From the IMG/VR virus record IMGVR_UViG_3300045988_073455: a stretch of DNA of 64,000 nt; one strand, written 5' to 3'. Under the pieces are notes generated by a model, which was given only the letters and a program-made list of their open reading frames with translations, ran no database searches and was not told where the DNA came from. Shown here piece after piece: positions 7,854-17,288 of this stretch. This DNA is from a virus. Position numbers and translations under genes: made by a program. The number at the start of each line of letters is the position of its first letter. Within the stretch, counting starts at the first letter, position 1.

Positions 7854-7854
7854 T

Positions 7855-8790
7855 ATGGCAGAAGAAAAGAACACCAATATCGTTGCACTCCAAGAAAAGG
7901 ATGTGCAATTGGTGGTAAGCAAAGAAACTATCGGCCAGCTTACCACCAATATCAAAGAGGTTAAAGCTAGAGTTGAAAAGGCTTTGCCTATGTATGACAT
8001 CAGCAACTATAGCACCGATGATATTCCAAAGTGCAAGGAAGACAAGGCTTTACTCAACAAGGCAGCTAAAGCACTTGACGATAAGCGCAAGGAGCTTGAA
8101 AAGGTTTGGAATAAGCCTTTTGAGGAGTTCAAGACAACCTGTAACGAAACATGCAAGCTTATCAAGAATGCGGTAACTCTCATTGATGGCGTAATCAAAG
8201 AAGACGAAAGCCGCACCAAAGCAGCAAAGCGAACAGAGATTGAAAAGCTTGCCGAGAAATGCGGAGTAGAAACCATCGGTATCAAACTTGACCTCATCTT
8301 TGATACGAAATGGCTCAACAAGACAACTTCAATGAAGTCTATCGAAAAGGCTATCACTGAAAAGGTTGATAACATCAAGAAAGACCTCGAAACCTTGAAG
8401 TTGTTTGCAGAAGATTACGATGCACTTGCTGCCCGATACAAGGAGAATCTCAATCTGCAGGAGACTATCGCATACGCAAACAAGCTGAAAGAACAGCGTG
8501 CTAGCTCAGTGTCTCATAGTAAGAAAGAAACTGCGACACCTCCAACATCACCTCAGAAGGAAGTCTCGGAGAACAATGCAGCCGAACAACAGGAAGAGCA
8601 GCCGAAGAATGGTAAGATGTCTTCTAATGAAGAAGATGCCATGGATGCTTTCGCTGCCGCTATGGGACAGTCGGTTGCACCTCCTACTCCAACCGAGACA
8701 CGTACTTACGTTTGTACCGGTACAAAAGAGGCAATGGAATGTTTGGAGCGCTTCATGCGTGACAATGGTATCACTTTTAATGTTCAGTAA
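7855..8790 (+). CDS. DUF1351-like protein
   Basis: The N-terminal pattern (TDDIPKCKEDKALLNKAAKALDDKRKELEKVWNKPFEEF) matches my recollection of DUF1351. Confidence 0.55.
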   Translation: MAEEKNTNIVALQEKDVQLVVSKETIGQLTTNIKEVKARVEKALPMYDISNYSTDDIPKCKEDKALLNKAAKALDDKRKELEKVWNKPFEEFKTTCNETCKLIKNAVTLIDGVIKEDESRTKAAKRTEIEKLAEKCGVETIGIKLDLIFDTKWLNKTTSMKSIEKAITEKVDNIKKDLETLKLFAEDYDALAARYKENLNLQETIAYANKLKEQRASSVSHSKKETATPPTSPQKEVSENNAAEQQEEQPKNGKMSSNEEDAMDAFAAAMGQSVAPPTPTETRTYVCTGTKEAMECLERFMRDNGITFNVQ

Positions 8791-8792
8791 TA

Positions 8793-9305
8793 ATGGCATT
8801 TCAGATTAGTGGAATTATTCAGCATATAGGGAATACGGAGAGTATTCCCTATCAAGACAAAGTCTTCAAAAAAAGAGAGCTTGTCTTGGATTGCTCCTAT
8901 CGTAACCAGTTCACAGGGCAGATAGAGAGAGCAAACTATCCAAAGTTTGAGTTTACAGGCAATCACGTTGATGATCTGAACGGCTTCAATATGGGTGATA
9001 TTGTGACGGTATCATTCTCCTTGAATGGTTCACGCTCAGAGAAAGATGGGCAAGTCAGATACTTCACTAACGTTCAAGGTTATAAAATCGAGAAATATCA
9101 ATCTCGTTATAATCAGCAACAAGGTGGAAATCAGACCGCACAAGCGGCTAACGGAAATCAGCCAACACCTACACAAGGGGCATGCCAAAGCGCACAACAA
9201 GCAGCTATGGAGTCTGCAAGAGCAGCATCAGCTTCTAATTTTCCCCCCGCCGTAGATGCGAACGGAGACCCTATTCAAGGTAATAATGACGACTTACCAT
9301 TTTAA
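8793..9305 (+). CDS. SSB-like protein (DUF3127 OB-fold with acidic DDLPF tail)
   Basis: DUF3127-like N-terminus, Gln/Ala-rich linker, and a C-terminal NNDDLPF matching the SSB tip motif. Confidence 0.65.
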   Translation: MAFQISGIIQHIGNTESIPYQDKVFKKRELVLDCSYRNQFTGQIERANYPKFEFTGNHVDDLNGFNMGDIVTVSFSLNGSRSEKDGQVRYFTNVQGYKIEKYQSRYNQQQGGNQTAQAANGNQPTPTQGACQSAQQAAMESARAASASNFPPAVDANGDPIQGNNDDLPF

Positions 9306-9315
9306 AGTTTAGACT

Positions 9316-9756
9316 ATGGCACTCTATAATTTGAAGAACGTTTACGATAGAAAAAAGTTCAAGGAAGCCTGTAATCAGATGGTTCTGAAGAATGAATACG
9401 TTGAACTGAAGAAAAAGAACACTCAACGTTCTTTGGCTCAGAATAGCTACCTGCATTGTCTGTTAGGTTACTTTGCTTCTGAATTTGGTTTTACCCTCGA
9501 AGAAGTTAAGTTTGATATTTTTAAGAAGATATGCAACAGGGATATATTCGAGAGAAAGCGAATTAATAAAAGGGGACAGGAAATTACCTACATTAGAAGT
9601 AGTACTGAACTCGATAAGGCTGAAATGACAACTGCAATAGAAAGATTCAGAAATTATAGTAGTGCTCAGTGTGGGCTTTACCTTCCTTCACCTCATGAAG
9701 GTGAAATGTTATTTTTTGCTCAACAGCAGATTGAGCAGTGTAAAGAATTTATGTAA
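9316..9756 (+). CDS. NinB/Orf-like recombination mediator
   Basis: 146 aa. RSLAQNSYLHCLLG parallels the lambda NinB segment RSLDQNRKLWACLG. Confidence 0.6.
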   Translation: MALYNLKNVYDRKKFKEACNQMVLKNEYVELKKKNTQRSLAQNSYLHCLLGYFASEFGFTLEEVKFDIFKKICNRDIFERKRINKRGQEITYIRSSTELDKAEMTTAIERFRNYSSAQCGLYLPSPHEGEMLFFAQQQIEQCKEFM

Positions 9757-9774
9757 TTTAAAACAGAAAATATT

Positions 9775-10446
9775 ATGTTAGCAGATTTGGATGGTCACAG
9801 ACCAGAGAAGATTGAGTTTTGTTTGACAGAAGCTCAGAAAGAAATGTTCAAGGACGTGTTGGTACTTTGCGAAGGTGCAAAGAGTGCAGACGAACCTATC
9901 AAGGTTCTGCATGACAAGTTCAATGCTCTCTTCCCAGACAATGAGGTTGTTGACCGCAAGTATGATGATTTCGAGATTCACGCTATCCGTGAAGAGTACT
10001 GCATCAAGCAGGAGAATGATGTGCCAAAGCGCAAGGAAGAGTTGGAAACCGTTCTTGCTCAGATCAAGACGATGAAGAAGAATGCCGAAGAAGCATACGC
10101 ATCAGCACTTCTTGAAGTCAGTGATTTGGCAGCAAGAGTTAAGAATGGTATCACGGATTTCCGCTTACCTTCTACTAAGACCGCTCGTATTGCTCTCAAT
10201 GGTCATTACCTCTTCTTTGCTTGGGTAGATGATAAGTTCCAGCTTTGCAAGGTTCAGAAAATTCCAGATTGGGATAGAAGCGGCTTGTGGAGCCAGGAAG
10301 ATGTCAATCAGCAGGCTATGAAGGAAGTTTTCGGCATCGAGTTCCCCGAAGTAGAAAAACCAAAAACAAAGGCTGAGGAGCAGACTGATGATAATGACCT
10401 TCCTTTCGGTGACGATGATGAGGATGGTAATGATGAAGAAGAGTAA
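9775..10446 (+). CDS. hypothetical protein with an acidic tail containing an internal DLPF motif
   Basis: 223-aa ORF ending in DDNDLPFGDDDEDGNDEEE. Confidence 0.6.
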   Translation: MLADLDGHRPEKIEFCLTEAQKEMFKDVLVLCEGAKSADEPIKVLHDKFNALFPDNEVVDRKYDDFEIHAIREEYCIKQENDVPKRKEELETVLAQIKTMKKNAEEAYASALLEVSDLAARVKNGITDFRLPSTKTARIALNGHYLFFAWVDDKFQLCKVQKIPDWDRSGLWSQEDVNQQAMKEVFGIEFPEVEKPKTKAEEQTDDNDLPFGDDDEDGNDEEE

Positions 10447-10448
10447 TC

Positions 10449-11624
10449 ATGTACACACTCAGACCATATCAGAAACAAGCAAGTGATGCTGCCGTCAGAG
10501 CGTTCACAGGCAAGACTAAGAAAAACGGACTTCTTATCTTGCCTACGGGCGCAGGCAAGTCGCTTGTAATCGCAGATATTGCAAGTAAGCTGGATAGTCC
10601 GCTACTCATCTTTTGTCCGTCAAAGGAAATTTTAGAGCAAAACTTCGCTAAACTGCAAAGCTATGGTGTTTTTGATTGTAGAGTATATTCCGCTTCTGTT
10701 GGTTGCAAGGATATAAACAGAATAACCTTTGCTACCATCGGAAGCGTTATGAACCACATGAAAGACTTTCAGCACTTCAAGTACGTAATGGTTGACGAAT
10801 GCCATCTTTGCAATGCTAGAGGAGGACAATACAAAACCTTCTTCGAAGCCGCGGATAGACAGGTTATCGGCTTAACAGCAACACCATATCGACTAGGAAG
10901 GGGACTTAATGGCAACTCGATGCTAAAGTTCCTTACGAGAACTAGACCAAGAATATTCGATGAGGTTCTGTACTATTGTCAGATTTCAGAATTGCTTGCA
11001 AAAGGTTATCTTGCCGATTTGAGATACTTCGATTGCACTCAGCTAGATATGTCTAATGTGCATGCCAACTCAACAGGAAACGACTTTGATGAAAACTCAC
11101 TAAAGTTGGAATATGAACGAAGCGGATTCTATGATCAGCTTACTTCCACTACCCTACGTGTATTGAAGCCAAAGAATAAAATACCAAGAAAAGGAGTTTT
11201 GGTCTTCACTCGATTCACGGAAGAAGCGGAAAGATTGACAGATAAACTGCAACAGAAAGGTATTAATTCTGCAATCGTTACAGGCGAGACTCCAAAAAAA
11301 GAACGTGAAGCTATCTTGGAGAAGTTCAAGGATGGCACCATAAAGGTTGTCTCTAATGTCGGAGTTCTCACCACAGGATTTGATTATCCCGCACTTGACA
11401 CGGTTATCTTGGCAAGACCAACGAAGTCTTTGAGTCTCTACTATCAGATGGTGGGACGAGCTATCAGACCTTTCAAGGATAAAGACGGATGGATAATCGA
11501 CCTTGGCGGTAGTTTCCGTTCCTTCGGAAAAGTCTCTGATTTAAGAATAGACCTAGAGGTGCAAGGTTCATCAAGATGGTGTATCAAGTCTTTAGGCAAA
11601 CAATTGACTAACGTAAGTTTTTAA
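10449..11624 (+). CDS. SF2 DEAD/DEAH-box DNA helicase
   Basis: Motifs LILPTGAGKS (I), VDECH (II), LTATP (III), and a C-terminal helicase domain VLTTGFDYP...QMVGRAIR. Confidence 0.85.
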   Translation: MYTLRPYQKQASDAAVRAFTGKTKKNGLLILPTGAGKSLVIADIASKLDSPLLIFCPSKEILEQNFAKLQSYGVFDCRVYSASVGCKDINRITFATIGSVMNHMKDFQHFKYVMVDECHLCNARGGQYKTFFEAADRQVIGLTATPYRLGRGLNGNSMLKFLTRTRPRIFDEVLYYCQISELLAKGYLADLRYFDCTQLDMSNVHANSTGNDFDENSLKLEYERSGFYDQLTSTTLRVLKPKNKIPRKGVLVFTRFTEEAERLTDKLQQKGINSAIVTGETPKKEREAILEKFKDGTIKVVSNVGVLTTGFDYPALDTVILARPTKSLSLYYQMVGRAIRPFKDKDGWIIDLGGSFRSFGKVSDLRIDLEVQGSSRWCIKSLGKQLTNVSF

Positions 11625-11627
11625 ATT

Positions 11628-12233
11628 ATGAAAATTGAAGCAAAACAGATTAATGAGTGGGTTAAAAAAGCCTACGATAATGCTGTCAAACATGGATGGC
11701 ATGAAGAAGAAAAGTCTAATGCGCATTGGTTGATGATGGTCTGCACAGAAGTAGCAGAAGCCGTACAAGCTGACCGCAAAGGAAACTATATGGACGACCT
11801 TGACAAAGAAGGTCTTAAAACCGTACTTGCCAACGACCATGGTGGCAGTTTGTTCAATAAATACTACTCTGATACCATCGAGGGAAAAGTAGAAAGCGAG
11901 TTGGCAGATATTTGTATTCGTGTTTTTGATTTGATGGGTGTTTGTGATGTTGAGGCAAAGGACGGATTTTCCACATTTGACTCTGAGGTTAAGTATGCTA
12001 AAGAGCATAGTTTTACCGAAAATGCCATCATGGTTACTAGAACTATCGTTTCGTGCAACCTTAACTCATCTATAAGTGTAAAGGCAGAAATGTTCTGTGT
12101 CTTATATAAAAGTATTCTTTCCTCCGTTTTTGAATGGGCAGAAGCACTTGGAATCGACCTCGTTCAGCACATCAACTTGAAGATGCGTTATAACGAAAGC
12201 AGAGAATACCATCACGGAAATAAGCTGTATTAA
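11628..12233 (+). CDS. MazG-like nucleotide pyrophosphohydrolase
   Basis: CTEVAEAVQADRK and ELADICIRVFDLMG resemble the MazG EEXXE/D helices. Confidence 0.5.
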   Translation: MKIEAKQINEWVKKAYDNAVKHGWHEEEKSNAHWLMMVCTEVAEAVQADRKGNYMDDLDKEGLKTVLANDHGGSLFNKYYSDTIEGKVESELADICIRVFDLMGVCDVEAKDGFSTFDSEVKYAKEHSFTENAIMVTRTIVSCNLNSSISVKAEMFCVLYKSILSSVFEWAEALGIDLVQHINLKMRYNESREYHHGNKLY

Positions 12234-12241
12234 AGAGTCCT

Positions 12242-12733
12242 ATGGTTATGAATAAATACTATTTCAACCGCAAGCCAAAAGCGGCTCAAGCCGAAAAAAA
12301 AGAGGTAAAAAAGACTACTTCTAAGAGCAAACCTAACTTGGTTAAAAAGCTCGATCGAATATTCTCTCTTTATATCCGCTTGCGTGATGTTATGGATAAT
12401 GGTTATGTTCGGTGTATATCCTGCGGGCAGATAAAGAGCTTTGAAGATGTGGACTGCGGTCACTTCCATAGTCGCCGCCACATGGCAACTAGATTCAATG
12501 AAGATAACTGCCATGCTGAATGTAAATACTGCAATCGTTTCTCTGCGGACCACCTCATAGGCTACCAACGCAACCTCATTCAAAAAATAGGGCAGCAAAG
12601 ATTTGATTTGCTAAACGTGAAGGCGCATTCTACATGTCATTTCACAAATAGCGAACTAGAAGATATGATTGTTCACTATACGACTGAGGTTAAGAAACTT
12701 AGCAGTCTCAAAGGCATCAAAGTTAATATTTGA
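12242..12733 (+). CDS. NinG/Rap-like recombination endonuclease
   Basis: The Cys/His pattern CISCG...CGHFHSRRH...NCHAECKYCN is typical of NinG. Confidence 0.7.
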   Translation: MVMNKYYFNRKPKAAQAEKKEVKKTTSKSKPNLVKKLDRIFSLYIRLRDVMDNGYVRCISCGQIKSFEDVDCGHFHSRRHMATRFNEDNCHAECKYCNRFSADHLIGYQRNLIQKIGQQRFDLLNVKAHSTCHFTNSELEDMIVHYTTEVKKLSSLKGIKVNI

Positions 12734-12774
12734 TAATATTTGCAGCAATATTATTTAATCAATAAATAATTTAT

Positions 12775-12782
12775 TATCTTTG
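12775..12782 (+). promoter_or_regulatory. -7 promoter box TATCTTTG upstream of the replication genes
   Basis: The ATTTATTATCTTTGCACCG context matches the cassettes at 1263 and 5256. Confidence 0.45.
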
Positions 12783-12910
12783 CACCGAAGAAATTAAATC
12801 TCTGAAACGTGGAACTTTCGGATAAAAAATATTCAGACCTCAATAAGTATTGTTTGGGTTCCACCTGCGTAAGCAGCTAAACAAGAAAGTTGAGGTTTTA
12901 TTGTACAACT

Positions 12911-13588
12911 ATGGCAGATTGGATAAGACTTCCTCGCAGCATGTTTGATTGGGATTGGTTCGATAAACCCGAAATGCTTTCCCTCTTTCTATACTTGCTC
13001 AACAATGCAAAAGAGAAAGAAGTAAAGCATGATGGGATAGTCGAGCATAGAGGACAGTTTTTGACTAGTCTTGGAAAACTCAGCACTACTATAGGTGCAG
13101 GAAAACAAGTAGTTAGAACCTGTTTGTCAAAGCTAATAAAAATGCAGCTAATAGAAGTGAATACGGAAAGATTATATTCCATCATCACTATCTGCAATTA
13201 TGATGACTATTTTGAAGCCGAGGTCAATAAGCCTAAAAATGAGCTAAAGAATGAAGATACTAAACCAGTAGAAGCACCTAAGGAAGATAAGCCTAAGAAA
13301 ACGAAAGAGGAGATTGCAGCAGCAACCGAAAAGCGAAAGAAAAAATTCGGTCAAGATTTAGTTCCTTATGTTGCAACTTATGGCAAGGATATGATCAGAA
13401 AGTTCTATGACTATTGGTCAGAAACGAATAAGTCCAAAACTAGGATGAGGTGTGAGACTGAGAAAACATGGGATTTAAATCTAAGGCTACAAAATTGGGC
13501 AAGACGAAATAAAGACTTCGGAACAAAGCAATCTGGTACGGCTCTACATAATTCGGAAAACAAAGATTATAACGAAGGAGGATGGTAA
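12911..13588 (+). CDS. replication initiator / replisome organizer (DnaD-like N-terminus)
   Basis: MADWIRLPRSMFDWDWF...LFLYLL is typical of phage replisome-organizer N-termini. It precedes a helicase loader. Confidence 0.55.
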   Translation: MADWIRLPRSMFDWDWFDKPEMLSLFLYLLNNAKEKEVKHDGIVEHRGQFLTSLGKLSTTIGAGKQVVRTCLSKLIKMQLIEVNTERLYSIITICNYDDYFEAEVNKPKNELKNEDTKPVEAPKEDKPKKTKEEIAAATEKRKKKFGQDLVPYVATYGKDMIRKFYDYWSETNKSKTRMRCETEKTWDLNLRLQNWARRNKDFGTKQSGTALHNSENKDYNEGGW

Positions 13589-14196
13589 TTATGAATGTAG
13601 ATTTCAATCAAATTATTCAAAGGTTCGAAAGAGGAGAAGACTTGTTTCTCGCTGACAAGGTGAGAATAAGGATTCCTAATGCAGAACAAAGGCTACGAGG
13701 GGGTCTAGACTATTTCGTTAAAAGATACACCTTTGGCAAGGAATCTCATGCAAAATGGATGGAGAAGAATTATCGCCCTATTGTTGATTGGATGTCTGAC
13801 AACGAAGGAAGGGGACTTCTTATTACAGGTGGGTGCGGTCTCGGAAAGACTCTAATAGCAAAGCATATTTTACCGCTCTTACTCCAAGACTCTTGCAGAA
13901 AACTCGTCAATATCTTTACAGCCCAGGAGTTGAATACAAAGATTGACGAGATTTTAAAACTTCACATCATCTGTATTGATGATGTTGGTACAGAAGAGCT
14001 TGCGAAGATTTTTGGCAATGTTAGATGCGCATTCTCTGAGTTATGTGATGCAGCAGAGCAAAAGGGAAAGCTTCTCATCATTACCACCAACTTAACTGCA
14101 AACGAACTCGAAGCAAAATATGGAGAACGAACTATAGATAGGTTAAAAGCCATCACTAAGTTTGTTCCTTTCACAGGTAAATCATTAAGAAAGTAG
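13582..14196 (+). CDS. DnaC/IstB-like helicase loader ATPase
   Basis: Walker A LLITGGCGLGKT and Walker B IICIDDVG. Confidence 0.7.
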   Translation: MVIMNVDFNQIIQRFERGEDLFLADKVRIRIPNAEQRLRGGLDYFVKRYTFGKESHAKWMEKNYRPIVDWMSDNEGRGLLITGGCGLGKTLIAKHILPLLLQDSCRKLVNIFTAQELNTKIDEILKLHIICIDDVGTEELAKIFGNVRCAFSELCDAAEQKGKLLIITTNLTANELEAKYGERTIDRLKAITKFVPFTGKSLRK

Positions 14197-14198
14197 AT

Positions 14199-14336
14199 AT
14201 GGAAATTAAAGAAGACAAAGATTTCTTGTTTGCTACAAAGCAAGCTAGATTAGCAACCTTCCTTGAAAATGATGAGGAAAGAAGAATGTTTAGAAACGCC
14301 ATTTACAACGCTATTAAGTGGGGTAAAAGACACTAG
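14199..14336 (+). CDS. small hypothetical protein (45 aa, not in the ORF track)
   Basis: ATG lies 2 nt after the previous stop. The frame is open to TAG at 14334. Confidence 0.3.
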   Translation: MEIKEDKDFLFATKQARLATFLENDEERRMFRNAIYNAIKWGKRH

Positions 14337-14362
14337 TATATAAATCTATAAACAAAAGAGCA

Positions 14363-14683
14363 ATGAAGATGTTACAAGACGTTACAGATTGGTTCAAGGC
14401 TGAAATTCTTGGCGACCAATCATTACAACAGGAAAGAAAGAAACAGAAATCACAGAAAGATTTCGAGAAGCGTATTAATGAAGCAGCTCATCATGTCTGC
14501 CTATCCGATCGTCCTAATGATGATGGGTCTCCATATCCTGTTATCTGCATGGATGGCACCGTTATCTACAAAATCTGCGAGAATCCTCGAATCGAGAAAG
14601 GAGAAATCAGCCTTGAAGATGTAGGGGAAGTTTTGGTAAGACAACGCATTCATTATGCCGAAAACAAGCTGAATTACAGATAG
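14363..14683 (+). CDS. hypothetical protein
   Basis: 106-aa ORF. Start lies within AAAGAGCAATGAAG. Confidence 0.5.
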   Translation: MKMLQDVTDWFKAEILGDQSLQQERKKQKSQKDFEKRINEAAHHVCLSDRPNDDGSPYPVICMDGTVIYKICENPRIEKGEISLEDVGEVLVRQRIHYAENKLNYR

Positions 14684-14738
14684 TTATGCGGTTTAAAAGT
14701 TAAATAAAGTTGCTAAAAAGCGATTAAAGAAAGTAACG

Positions 14739-14770
14739 TTTGGTCAATCCAAAATTTCTTTGTATCTTTG
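14739..14770 (+). promoter_or_regulatory. Bacteroidota-type promoter (TTTG-N20-TATCTTTG)
   Basis: TTTG at 14739-14742 and TATCTTTG at 14763-14770. Confidence 0.55.
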
Positions 14771-14820
14771 CATCAGTTAATTAAACAACAAATAAGTTTA
14801 ACAATTAAATGATAAGAGCA

Positions 14821-15066
14821 ATGAAAAAGGTAAAGTACGTTATTAAGGCAACAAAGTTCAAAGATAACACATACGAAGATGTTGTTTTTGAAAATCAGCC
14901 ACTCAGTCAAAAACAAGAAACATTCAGTGACGTAAAGCACATCTTAGATTTGGATTTCGAGAATGCTTTAGACGAAGGCAAGAAAGTTCAGTATGACGGA
15001 GTAGAGCTTGATATCTTCAATGAAGATGGTACAATTCTTAAAGAATGGATTCAAGACGTAGCATAA
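14821..15066 (+). CDS. hypothetical protein
   Basis: ATG lies within ATAAGAGCAATGAAAAAG. The upstream ATG at 14809 sits inside the motif itself. Confidence 0.5.
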   Translation: MKKVKYVIKATKFKDNTYEDVVFENQPLSQKQETFSDVKHILDLDFENALDEGKKVQYDGVELDIFNEDGTILKEWIQDVA

Positions 15067-15109
15067 AGGTAATGGGGTGACTAACAATCACTCCACAATA
15101 TATAGAGCA

Positions 15110-15274
15110 ATGAAATACGAAGAAACGTTTAAATCCGAAGTAGCTTCAATTGAAGCTATGCTTTACAAAGCAAAACAACGTAGAAAAGAATATGGTGCAT
15201 TGAATGCCATCATATTCATGAAAGGATGGCTTAAAGTTGTCTACGAAGAACTGAACGATTTCACATTGACTTAA
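15110..15274 (+). CDS. small hypothetical protein, paralog of 30706-30867
   Basis: MKYEETFKSE... Start lies within ATAGAGCAATGAAATAC. Confidence 0.5.
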   Translation: MKYEETFKSEVASIEAMLYKAKQRRKEYGALNAIIFMKGWLKVVYEELNDFTLT

Positions 15275-15413
15275 CAAAAGATATGAAACACGTATGTAGT
15301 AATTGCATATCTTCCGATATATGCTATTGTGAAGGCAAGAAGCCTAATGACACTTGCCATCAATGGGAATGGAGATATACAGGTTTATGGTTTGATAATT
15401 AAAAAGTAAGACA

Positions 15414-15707
15414 ATGGGGAAAGAAAAAGTTACAGTAAACGATTTGAAGGTTACACTCTCAGAGCTTGGTGTAACATCTGGCTTGAAGCAGGAAAAGATT
15501 ATTCAACGCCTGCAGGTCAATGGCTGTTTGATTGCAATGGTAACAGATGTATTGGATCAGCTCATCAAGGATGAACAGGGCATGTTTAGGCTGTTAAGCG
15601 TTCGCTACAAGCAAGAGCAGAAGATGCACTACACCCAGATGCAGGATGCAGCCAAAAAGTACTACTTCCATTTGAAACCCTTTAATAAGAGTTTCTTCGG
15701 TGACTAG
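15414..15707 (+). CDS. hypothetical protein (in-frame coding-looking extension beyond TAG to 15854)
   Basis: 97-aa ORF. 48 further sense codons follow the TAG at 15705. Confidence 0.5.
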   Translation: MGKEKVTVNDLKVTLSELGVTSGLKQEKIIQRLQVNGCLIAMVTDVLDQLIKDEQGMFRLLSVRYKQEQKMHYTQMQDAAKKYYFHLKPFNKSFFGD

Positions 15708-15858
15708 AATATTTGCGCCAACCTGGAGGATAACGCAAATGACATCTATGAAATCATCAAGCTTCTTGCGGACCACACTAACGACCACAAGGATATGGAA
15801 GTGATTAAGAGAAACCTCAGAAAGAGAAAGTTGAACCATCATATTTTCGATTAAGATT

Positions 15859-16098
15859 ATGTCAGTATATAAAGCAAACGTAGATTTATCAGACTTATTT
15901 CACGATATGTCTTACAATTATCAGAAAAGCTTCCTTGTTGAAGAGTTCTGTTCTTTACCTATAGAACATCAGGTAAAAGTTGTTGGCGAAATGCTGGAGA
16001 ACCTTAATGGCGATCAGACAGCCAAAGTTATAGAAGACGCTTTTGATAACTTGCATGAGCAAGGTCAAGAGCATGTAATCAACTATGTAAACGGATAA
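15859..16098 (+). CDS. hypothetical protein
   Basis: 79-aa ORF. Confidence 0.5.
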   Translation: MSVYKANVDLSDLFHDMSYNYQKSFLVEEFCSLPIEHQVKVVGEMLENLNGDQTAKVIEDAFDNLHEQGQEHVINYVNG

Positions 16099-16307
16099 AG
16101 ATATGATGTTTGGAGAAATGATTACTCGCAGATGTCTGCTTACTTTTGATGGGGGGGCAAAGATTCAAGCCATCCTCACTATGCCGAAGCCGACAAAACC
16201 CATCTTTCCAAAGGAAATGGAACGTCAGTTCATTAATAGTTTTAATGAATCTCAGCCAAATGCGGTTCACAAGGTTATTAAGTGTCACATAATGAGAAAT
16301 TAATGAT

Positions 16308-17288
16308 ATGGAAAAGAATATTAATTTAGCGAAAATCTTAAATGGTAAACCAGTAAATACGAAGTTGTGGTCTCCCTTATTTGGAGATGTATATACTTCA
16401 AGCATATGCAGCGAAGATACTATAATAGTAGTAAATCACCATGCTGAATCAGCTTCTTTCTATAATAATGGCAAGTACTTTGATCATGCAGAAGCAGAAC
16501 CTCTATTGTTCCCATCTAAAGAAATGCGAGATTGGGGTAAGTTCGCCTGGAAGAAGGGCGATTTGCTTATCAATAGTTGTGGATTTCAGTGCATTTTCAA
16601 AGAATGGGCATCTGGCGATTATACAAAGTTCAACGGATGCTATTCTAATAGCAGGGATGGTTACGAAGACGTAACAAATGCAGAAACAGCTAAGTTTGAC
16701 AAGTTAGATAACAATATTGCCTATGGATATGTCAGAGAGATTGAAAGAAAATTAGGAGGAATATTAAACCTCACCACTTTGGAGATTGAAAAGCAGTATG
16801 AGTTCAAGGATGGAGATATAGCTTTTGCCGACTATGGTAATAGACAAGATGTATTTATTGTATCAGGCAAAACTGGTTTATCAGAAGGTTATAGCTCATT
16901 TATTTCTTTAGATTTAAGTAGTCTAACTTTGAGTATGGCATGCAGAACTAGTTTCTTTAAGAAAGACCTTTGTGAACTTCGCCTTGCCACAGAAGAAGAG
17001 AAAAAACAGCTCTTCTCAGCTCTCGAAAAGAAAGGTAAGGTTTGGGATAGTGAGCATAAAATGATTGTGGACTTACCTAAGAAGTGTGAGTTTAAGCCAT
17101 TCGATAAGGTGTTGGGGCGAAATGAGAAATATGATGTATGGGAAGCTGAACTCTTTTCTCATTATAGAGAAAAATCACAATATCCTTTTCGTTGTATCGG
17201 ATTTGGTCGTAAGTATTGTATTCCTTACAATGAAGAGACAGCACATCTACTAGGAACGACTGATGATTGGGAAGGAGGTGAGCAATGA
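16308..17288 (+). CDS. hypothetical protein
   Basis: 326-aa ORF with no recognised motif. Confidence 0.65.
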   Translation: MEKNINLAKILNGKPVNTKLWSPLFGDVYTSSICSEDTIIVVNHHAESASFYNNGKYFDHAEAEPLLFPSKEMRDWGKFAWKKGDLLINSCGFQCIFKEWASGDYTKFNGCYSNSRDGYEDVTNAETAKFDKLDNNIAYGYVREIERKLGGILNLTTLEIEKQYEFKDGDIAFADYGNRQDVFIVSGKTGLSEGYSSFISLDLSSLTLSMACRTSFFKKDLCELRLATEEEKKQLFSALEKKGKVWDSEHKMIVDLPKKCEFKPFDKVLGRNEKYDVWEAELFSHYREKSQYPFRCIGFGRKYCIPYNEETAHLLGTTDDWEGGEQ

